Source: Octopus vulgaris (Eukaryota). Taken from it: a DNA stretch of 64,000 nt. Below are positions 54,843 to 64,000 of the stretch, in pieces. Numbering within the stretch: position 1 is the first letter of the stretch; the number at the start of each line of letters is the position of its first letter. The translations under genes were made by a program, and so were the position numbers. The notes under the pieces were generated by a model. That model did no database searches. It was not told the origin of the DNA and saw nothing but the letters and a program-made list of their open reading frames with translations. The DNA is taken from assembly GCA_951406725.2 (NCBI GenBank), contig OX597829.1, positions 8,246,001 through 8,310,000 of the forward strand. The letters are read 5' to 3'.

Positions 54843-55145
54843 TGTGTGCGTTGTGATGTGTGGTACATATTTTATCGACCACAGGAAAATGAAATTGCCG
54901 TTTCGAGTTCGGTGGACACGAATTTCTAAAAGTAAGAGTCAGAGTCAAACTCAACTGAATGTCGTTCGACGCTCCGTCTACCTATTGACCGCCCCTTTTA
55001 CTGTAACATGATCCATGTAAGAACTATCTAGTATGATATCAAGGATAGATAAATGATAGCGAAAACTTTCGTAAGCCTTTTTCCGATAGCAGCGAATTTG
55101 TAGTTATTTTCGTTCCCAAAGTGTTTCGTACGTTTTTCGAAGTAA

Positions 55146-55500
55146 GGTGCATGCTTCAGTGGTTAGAGCGTAGAGCTTACGACCGTGAGGTTGAGAGTTC
55201 GAATCCCGGACCGGGCCGCGTGCTGTGTTCTAGAGCAAGACACTTTATTTCACGTTGCTCCAGTTCACTCAGCTGTAGAAATGAGTTGCGACTTCACTGG
55301 TGCCAAGTCGTATCGGCCTTTGCTTTTCCCTTGGATTGGATAACATCAGTGGTGCGGAGAGGGGAGGCTGGTATGCATAGGCGACTTTTGGCCTTCCACG
55401 AACTACCTTGCCCGGACTTGTGGCTCAGAGGGTAACTTTATCGGTGGGCTCAGAGGGTAACTTTTTCGGTGGGATCCTACGGTCATCAGTGACCGAAAAG
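55146..55500 (+). mobile_element. tRNA-derived SINE (family C-like head) with a 25-bp internal duplication
   Basis: cagtggttagagc A box and gagttcgaatccc B box. ggctcagagggtaacttt(a/t)tcggtg occurs twice at 55422-55472. Confidence 0.75.
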
Positions 55501-55508
55501 GGTTTCCA

Positions 55509-55905
55509 GGGCAGCGAGCTGGCAGAAACGTTAGCACGCCGGACGAAATGCTGAGTGGTATTTCGTCTGCCGTTACGTTCTGAGTTCAAATTCCACCGTG
55601 GTCGACTGTGCTTTTCATCCTTTCAGGGTCGATAAATAAAGTACCAGTTACGCACTGGGGTCGATATAATCGACTTAATCCGCTTGTCTGTCCTTGTTTG
55701 TCCTCCCTGCGTTTAGCCCCTTGTGGGTAGTAACGAAATAGGTATTTCGTTTGTCTTTACGTTCTGAGTTCAAATTCCGCTGAGGTGGACTTTGCCTTTC
55801 ATCGTTTCGGGGTCGATAAATTAAGTACCAGTTGTGTACTGGGATCGATCTAATCGACTAGCCCCTTCACCAAAAATTTCGGGCCCTGTGCTTAGAGTAG
55901 AAAAA
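55509..55905 (+). mobile_element. SINE family A, two-core form
   Basis: Reverse complement of the 9036-9433 arrangement. Confidence 0.88.
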
Positions 55906-56170
55906 TACATTTTTCGAAGTAATATCCGTTGTAGTTTCTCTCCTTTTACTTTTTAAATACTGCGATTTCAGTTTCAGTTCTTCACTAATCTTAATTTCTA
56001 CCGACTAAATCCATTGGATTGGAATGACATTCAGGACATTTTGCGCAGTTATGTTGGGATCAGGATGATAAAGTCAAGCATTCTTATCTTGGGCACCGTA
56101 TGACCTTGTGCAAGGTAATGTATTTTTCTTAGCTTCAGTTCCTCAACCAGCCCGGTGCTGCTGCATCTCA

Positions 56171-56242
<72 letters not shown>

Positions 56243-56261
56243 GGAATGGCATAGGCCCAGA

Positions 56262-56440
56262 AGTGGCTGTGTGGCATAGGCGCAGGAGTGACTGCATAGT
56301 AAGTAGCTTGCTTACCAACCACATGGTTCCTGGTTCAGTCCCACTGCGTGGCAAGTGTCTTCTGCTATAGCCTCGTGCCGACCAAAGCGTTATGAGTGGA
56401 TCTGGTAGACGGAAACTGAAAGAAGCCCGTCGTATATATA

Positions 56441-56491
<51 letters not shown>

Positions 56492-56600
56492 ATGTGTGTG
56501 TGTGTGTATGTGTGTGTGTGTGCGTTTGTGTTTGTGTGTGTGTCTGTGTTTGTCACCCCATCATCGCTTGACAAGCAATGCTGGTGTGTTCATGTCCTTT
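56262..56600 (+). mobile_element. SINE family B with an internal (TA)/(TG) expansion, 3' truncated
   Basis: Matches 13855-14090. Confidence 0.82.
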
Positions 56601-57461
56601 GACGGGTTTTGTTTTTCATCCCGCAGGGTGTCCAATAAACACCCTTCTCACAAAGCGAGCTTGGTGGGGTTTCCGGTTTACTCACCGACGACCCGACTAT
56701 ATAACAGGTTGTACTGGGCTACATGTTACCAGTAGCACTCGAAAGTGACCTGACATATATATCATATATATATATATATGCATATATACATGCATATATG
56801 TACATATTAAATCTATACGTATATATATATATATATGCATACGTGGGCACAGGACGTCACGAAACGTGTACAAACAAAAAAAAAAATACGAAGCATGCGA
56901 GTGCATGGAACAAGAACTATTTTTCGAACTATGAAAGACAAAAATGAAAAGCAAAACAAACAATATAATGAACAACCTCTCATCAGTTTTGGGCTGTTTT
57001 TCTAGTCTCGTATTTCGAACATTTAACAATAATATACACTTTCGATGAAACAGTTGCTCCTGCAAAGCAAATTAAATAAAATTTGGGATTTTGCGGAGGG
57101 TCAAAATAGGTAACACAAACAGAACAGTGAAAACAAACAGGATGGACTGCTAAGCCTAAACGAAGTTGTGGTGGCGAACGCGTAAATCAAGCTAGTACAG
57201 GAACACGTCTTCCTTGTTCTAGCTACAATGGAGAGAAAGAAAGATATCCGATGGTTACGTGGGAGCCACGTGAGCTAGGGAGGAGCAGTGAGAGAGAGAG
57301 AGAGAGAGAGTGACAGAGTGACAGAGTAATAGGATAGAATAGTGTGAGAAGAGGAGGTAAAAGAATATGAGAGAGAAAAACGAAAGAGCAAAAAGATCGT
57401 ATAGAGAGCGCATCAGAATTAAAATAAAACTTACTCGGAAGAAGATGCGTCGTGTTCAATC

Positions 57462-57663
57462 ATATAATAATATAATGTAATATAATACGATATAATATAA
57501 TATAATATAATATAATATAATATAATATAATATAATATGAATATAATATAATATAATATAATATAATATGAATATAATATAATATAATATAATATAATAT
57601 GAATATAATATAATATAATATAATATAATATGAATATAATATAATATAATATAATATAATATA

Positions 57664-57700
<37 letters not shown>
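57462..57700. repeat. (TATAA)n pentanucleotide array with a 31-bp higher-order period
   Basis: 'tga' interruptions recur every 31 bp (57538, 57569, 57600, 57631). Confidence 0.9.
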
Positions 57701-57708
<8 letters not shown>

Positions 57709-60700
57709 GTATGTATATATGTATATGTATATAACGCATATTATATGGATTTAACCAGTACGTTGGTGCTCATTGAAAACACTCTTTTAATGGATCGATC
57801 ACAAACCATGTAGTGAACTACACCGAAACAAATAAGTGTAATGTGTAAGTCCGATGCAGATGGAATCTAATAAATCGAATTTGTGATGAGTGTTTCATGA
57901 GAAGTATATAAAATATAAAGAAAAAGAAGTGAAATAAAATGAATATATTCATCTTATAAATATATTCGTCGTATACCTATTCTCTCTCTCTCTATGCGTG
58001 TGTGTGTGTGTGTGTGTGTGTGTTTGCGTATCTGTATATATATATATATATATATACATACATACATACGCGCGTGCGCGTGCACACACACACAACACAC
58101 ATATATGCGTATATACATAAATCCCCAGCTGCAAAAAATAGCGAAACTGATACTTGATTCCAGATTATAATGCATTAAATGGATGACCGATTAATAGTTA
58201 TTGGTTAGAAGGTTACCCAATAATACGCCGTTGCAAGGTCATTTTAACTCCTAAAATAGCAGTCAAAATTTCCCGCATACCACATCTTACAGCAATAAAA
58301 AAAAAAAGGAAACACAGCTGGTAAACATAGACATAAATACGAAAAAATAAAATGGCGAGACGGTCGCAAGTGAAATATCTTTGATTAATGCCTTTACTTA
58401 GAATTAAACGGCATGTAACAACATTACGTTCACTTCGTCACTGCTGTTCACTTCGTCAGCATCGAGAACAATCCTACTCGTCAGCATTTCTACAACCACA
58501 ATTACCACCAGCATCATCATAATCATTATCACTGTACTGCTGCTGCTGTTGCAGTTGATGCTGCTGCTGCTGCCCTTCTCTTCCTCCTGCTGCTCGTCAT
58601 CGTTCCGTAACAACCTTAATTAGATTAAAACAAATATGACGATACGATTTGTATTAAAGAAAAACAGAAAATATTTCAGTCATAAATTTCCGAGATCTTT
58701 TTTATCGTTCATTGTCCCTATCTATAATATTTTTACCAGATACTTTTAAAGATTTAAGCAGCGATTCTGTTGACATAGATCACCACTAGTCTTACAGAAT
58801 TGTAGTGATTAATATCTTTGTAATAATTGGTTAAGATATTTTACACTTGTAATTCACAATTTTTTCTGTATATTCTGTTTTACTTTCTCGTCTTGAGGTA
58901 TCTGAATTGTTTTCATGCTTAGACAAATAAGGAAACTATAGAAATAGTGTGAAAAACTTGACTAGCATAACTCAAAAAAATTTGACACATGTGGATACAA
59001 AATCAAACGAAACTTTCTATAACATGACAGCATGAAAAATATGTAATAACGAAATCTATGCTTTTATTTGTGAAAGATTATAAATTCTACTTATCCTACG
59101 TGTGTTCTTGTACCCATTAAAACCAATCCTACTAACAATTTGCTAGCAGCGGCACTACTGAAGGCATTGTCGTTATGTGGTGTATTTAGAGCCAATAAGC
59201 TTAGGAAGAGAGACGTGAGCGCAACACTAAAATCTAACGTGATGCCTATCAATGTTAAGGAGCTAACGTTAGTTTAAGTAGTGAGATTTCCTAACCTGAA
59301 CTATGTATTTATAAGTAAAGAGTCGTCTAAGTATGTTCCGATTCTCTGCGTTCTGGTTTCAAAGGCTGCCAAAGTCAGTTCTACATTTTTGCCCTTTTAG
59401 AGTCGAGAGATAAAGTAAGTACCAGTCCATGGTAGAGGATTAGTGGAAAGGTTAGAGCTAGATGTGATGACTTGCGTTATAAGTTCCGGCGTTTTGCGTT
59501 CTGGTGTGACGCTGGTGCGGGTGCGTGTCTGCGTCTTATAGAGAAAATTTCCAACTGCACTTATTTGCTGGAAGGTGGACTGGATCAGGTTGTTTCAAGA
59601 ATACAATCCTGTCATCAGAATACGTGATCATTGCCTAGCATTCTAGTCCACCCGTTCTGAAGACTTATAATAAAGTTTGCTTACATAAGCACAAGGCGAG
59701 ACACTTTTTTTGGTGGTAAAGGATAATCGATTATATCAACATGATATGAGAGGAAAGATAAAAGCTAAAGATCTGAAATTCAGAATTAACTGGTTAAGAA
59801 GATGTAATTAAATATTACAAAGCAATTAGTCTGCCGCTCTACTAATTTACTTTCAATCAATAGAGAATTCGATACAGGCAAAGCTGGCAAAAAGCTGGAG
59901 TATTAATCTTATTGGCCAACGAGGTTGTTATTTAGCTTCAAACCAGAATTAATCGAGCAGACTTTTGATCTAAGGTGTTCCAGTCATGACCACACTCACT
60001 TCGTTTTCAGGCATGTTTTATCTAAAACCTTTTTGAAACTGGTAGAGTGTGATCTGAGGGAAAATTGAATTTCTCTATCTACTAGATTGAGCAACAGCTA
60101 AATAGCACCTTCGTTATTGTCAAACATAAGCATTTAATGTGATCAGAATGTTAACTATAAGCGAAGATCTGGCGCCCAGTCAGACAAATGGAAGAATATG
60201 GTTCTGTTCTTAAAATATTTTCAGCCGGGAAAAGAAAGAAGGTTAGTATTCCTTGAAGTTCTCTAAAGAGAAATTGTTAAACAGCAAAGTAGATATAAAA
60301 CACGAAAAGAGGAACAGGAAAATCGCTTTACTTTCTCCAGTCAGACAGATACAACTCTTTATTGTTTGATTGTTGTTGTTTTTTGTTGGTATTATATAGC
60401 CTCAGACAAGCCATGATTGAAAATAACCCAAGATCAAAGACATTACAGTCCTGACAATTCCATATTTTTCTTACATGCACCTAGTTACGATTCTTCAGCG
60501 TAAAACGGTCAAGCGTCATTTGAAGGGAATTTGGCTGTTATTTCCAGTAGATCAAATGACTGCATGGAGTCATTATCAGTGGATCACTGCCCATTCATTT
60601 TTCTGTTGTTGCTCTCCCGTTGGCTTGATGCAGCTTTCTCATTGGCTCACTGTTTTCACATTATTTAAATTTAAAGAAGACATTGGTAAGAAGGAAACAA

Positions 60701-61064
60701 CTATTGAAATGTCTTTGTAGAATTGCAAATTTAGTGGAAAGTTTAAGACTAATTGATGAGTAAACGTGTGTATACGCTTCGCTACGAAGGGGAAAGCAAA
60801 GTGAAGGGAAATATGTTGAAAAGATAAGAGAGGAACGCATTGGAAAACGGGTTATTAATTGCAATCCATCAACACGTGCTGAGACCAGAGTGACCATAGA
60901 AGAAATTTCTGACCTCAGAAGATATTTTCGAGTAAATTCCATATGGTAAGAATTTGAAACATCATTCATGTATCATTTCACTTAACAAAACTTCTTCAAT
61001 ATCAGGAAATATACTCATACCCTCACTAATGTTTACAAATGAGGTGGTGGTGGGCTTTATGTAG

Positions 61065-61250
61065 ATATTTGACCTGCTAGAAATGGCAACCGCATTTCTC
61101 TTAAATCACATCAAAATAGAATACGTAAATCTGATAACTCGATTGTGATGTACTACAAAGAAAGACGGGATAGCCGTGGTGGGAATAGCTTTAATCATAG
61201 GTTTTCCTCATCAGGATTTATGTAGAACTAAACAACAACAACAACAACAA
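61065..61250 (+). mobile_element. Dispersed repeat family D with an (AAC)n tail (representative copy)
   Basis: ctgctagaaat(a/g)gca.cc...aaatcaca...gacgggat...atcatagg...ctaaacaacaac. Related pieces lie near 8875, 10850, 16390 and 58250, and inverted near 25780, 59925, 60390 and 63290. Confidence 0.6.
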
Positions 61251-61650
61251 AAAACTAACGAGAGCTGAGTAGATTATGTTCTTGGACAGACATCATATAG
61301 ACATTTAGGAGCAACAGAAAAGTAAGAGAGATCTAGAAAGAGAGATAGGTAGATAAAAATTGAGGAAGCAAGAAATACAAACCTAGAGAGAAAGCGATAT
61401 AGAAAGAAAAAAAAATGAGTGAAATAACTGAAGTGGTTGTACTTGATAAATCTTTTCATCGCTTTCGAATAGTAAGTGATAAGAATGATGAAACGGTAAT
61501 CAGAGAGGAAAGTAAGCATTGCTTTTCATTCAGTGTAGGTTTGGAGAGTGTAGAAGACGTGGAATTAATGAGGATGATAATGACGCTGGTGAGATGATTG
61601 ATTCTCTAACGGCAAAGGGATATATCGCGTTGTAAAACTTTCTAAATGTT

Positions 61651-61720
<70 letters not shown>

Positions 61721-61979
61721 TTTATTGCTTTATTGTCCACAGAGGGCTAAACATAGAGGGGGAAAACAAGGACAGACAAAGGGATTAAGTCGATGATGAT
61801 GATGATGAAGATTTCTTTATTAACCACAAGGGTTTATATTGGGAAAAACATTCTGGACAGTACAGGACAAAACAAAGAATATGTGTGTGCTTGTATGTGA
61901 GTGAGTGTGTTGCTTTGAGGGTTTTTCCGTGTAAAAGAAAGAAAAAAAGAAAGATAGAAATCAACAATGATGATAATAA

Positions 61980-62088
61980 GAGGTATGAACAGGAACCAAG
62001 TAAAGTGCTAGAAAGAAAGAAATATAAAACATGGGATACTAAGTTTCAGACTGACAGAAAAATAGAAACTAGAAAGTATGATTTAGTG

Positions 62089-62122
<34 letters not shown>

Positions 62123-62390
62123 ACAGAATAGAAATGCCAGGTAATTGACTTTATAGTCCCAAATGATGAGGAAGTCAATATGAGAGGTATAGAGAAAAGT
62201 ACCAGGAACCAGGCATTGGGTTGCAGGGACAATGGAAAGTGCAGGTAAAATGTATCCCTGATGTTATAGGTGCATTAGGAACTCAACCCATAACGATTTG
62301 AGTAAATGAACAGACGAAATAGGCATGAAACCTAGTTTAGTGCGGCTCCAGAAAACAATATTAATAGCAACAACTAGGATACTTTAATAG
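61980..62390 (+). mobile_element. R4/Dong-like RLE remnant with an in-frame (GTA)n expansion
   Basis: YEQEPSKVLE..WDTKFQTDRKIETRKYDLVV(V)n, KCQVIDFIVPND and WKVQVKCIPDVIGALGT. Confidence 0.78.
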
Positions 62391-63824
62391 TAATAATGAT
62401 TTTCCAGTTTCATCAGTTAATTTTCTGAATGATAAAAAAAAAACAGCAACTTAAATTACTTTTATGATATTACTACTAAAGTTAAATAGTTGTGGTTGTA
62501 GGAATTCTATCTATTATAGCTGTTATTGTTGTTCTTTTGCTGCTATTCCTCCTCCTGCTGCTGTTCGTTTTTTGTCGTAATGGTAGAAGTCGTTATTGTA
62601 GTTGGTGTTGTCAATAATTTTGCTGTTATCGAGGCTGCCGTTACCATCGTTGCCGCTGTCATAATCGTCATTGTTGTCTTTCTGCCGTCCGTATTTCAAT
62701 TTTTACCACACTGAAAATATTTGTTTTGACATAAAAAAACTGTCTAGTAATAATAGCAGTAGCAGTACTTTCATTAACATTAATAGTTCCTGCAATAATG
62801 GTAGAAATATTTGTAGATTAAAATTTGAAGCTTTGATGTATTTAATATTGGAGACAGTGATTACGGCAGTGTTAATGTCCCCCTCCCCACAAATTTTGGG
62901 CGTTGTGCCTAGAGTAGAGAGAATATTTACCTTCCCCTTTCCGTTCTGTCGAAGTCAGTATTGCTTTTCATTCTTCCAGTGTCCCCGACAAAATGTAATT
63001 GTACCAATCAAGTACTGCCGTCGGTTTAATCGACATCAAATGAAGATATATATATATAATACAAACTGAAGATACCTTTAGTTTTCTCTTCGAGATCATT
63101 GGCGCCGCGAAGAGAGAATTAATTCCTGCTTTGGGAATAACTGCTAATCCCATGCAAAGTTTCCTTGGCCTGTTTCTTGGAGAGGACACTCCAAAATAAT
63201 TTCACAATGAGCACCTAATATAGACTGAAGTAAAATTTACCAAAAGCAAGTCCATGATTTCACAAAATAGATGCTGGAGCAGAGGTGATATTGTTGTTTA
63301 TCTTCTGCCCTAGATTAACCTTAAGTGAGAAGACACATACTAGCCCTTGACTACCATATTTATTTCAGGATATCTAGAACAACATTAATTAATGTCTGCT
63401 TACCTTCTTTTTTTTTTAAGACGAAATTTGGCTGCTATTTTAAGCAAGAGGGACGACTCTATAAAAGCTTTCGTAGGTACTTGTTGATTGTTTGCTGTTT
63501 TCAAGATCTCAAAATCCAGCTTTATTAGTACAAACATCAACAGTAAAACCTTACCATCTACACTTTCATATTCCCTTTAGGAAAAACAATTTTTTTTACA
63601 CTTTAAACTATTACCCCACCATCCCCCACTCTCTCTCTCTCCCTCTCTTTCCTTCCCTTTCTCTCTCTCTCTCCCCCCTCGACCTCAACTCTTCTGGTGA
63701 AATGTAAGAATGTTTGTAAGTTTAGCAGAATCTGCTTTATCTGTGTAGTCAAATAATCCCAGTCACGCTAAGAATGTTCAGGTTTTGACATAGTAAGAAT
63801 ACGTTTGTTTATATAAAAGAACCG

Positions 63825-63829
<5 letters not shown>

Positions 63830-63858
<29 letters not shown>

Positions 63859-64000
63859 TGTATGTATGTATGTATGTATGTATGTATGTATGTATGTATG
63901 TATGTATCTATGTATGTATCTGTATGTATGTATGTATGTATGTATGCATGTATGTATGTATGTATGTATGTATGTATGTATGTATGCATGTATGTATGTA
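63830..64000. repeat. (TATG)n microsatellite running off the window end
   Basis: Directly visible. Confidence 0.97.

Noticed and set aside
55146-55215. tRNA gene
   Set aside because: A and B boxes are present but there is no acceptor stem, and it continues into a SINE body.
56600-57460. HHR or PLE terminus (CTGATGA on the minus strand at 56980-56986)
   Set aside because: No correctly placed GAAA and stem III. Probably a repeat, but I cannot support a class.
60721-60945. Exon-like segment bounded by ttgtAG and GTAAG; ETRVTIEEISDL faintly resembles a mariner transposase
   Set aside because: All three frames contain stops, and the transposase similarity is a single short motif with no paired TIR.

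Overview
AT-rich, microsatellite-saturated eukaryotic DNA with no host protein-coding exon that I can support. It looks like a large intron or gene desert. The SINE set suggests an octopus-type (coleoid cephalopod) genome, but that is an inference from recognising the repeats. Almost every ORF in the supplied track is a translation of simple repeats. Real coding signal is limited to decayed retroelement fragments: R4/Dong-like (3), Tx1/L1-like (3), one RTE-group RT with its catalytic motif deleted, one CRE-like restriction-like endonuclease (RLE), and three Penelope-like (PLE) GIY-YIG endonucleases. There are also many tRNA-derived SINEs and a probable non-autonomous Helitron. The most interesting layer is non-coding. 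Short elements sitting inside (TA)n tracts carry minimal type I hammerhead ribozyme (HHR) motifs with palindromic stem III. One looks intact (4846-4918, minus strand). Others lie at about 12.2, 41.1, 49.4 and 54.7 kb, with relics elsewhere. Two of them have a ~95-nt stem II and sit between 90-200 bp inverted arms that start at or next to the predicted cleavage site. Each of those two also has a separate ~90-100 bp fold-back hairpin just upstream. All folds, alignments and translations were done by eye, boundaries are approximate, and no database search was run.
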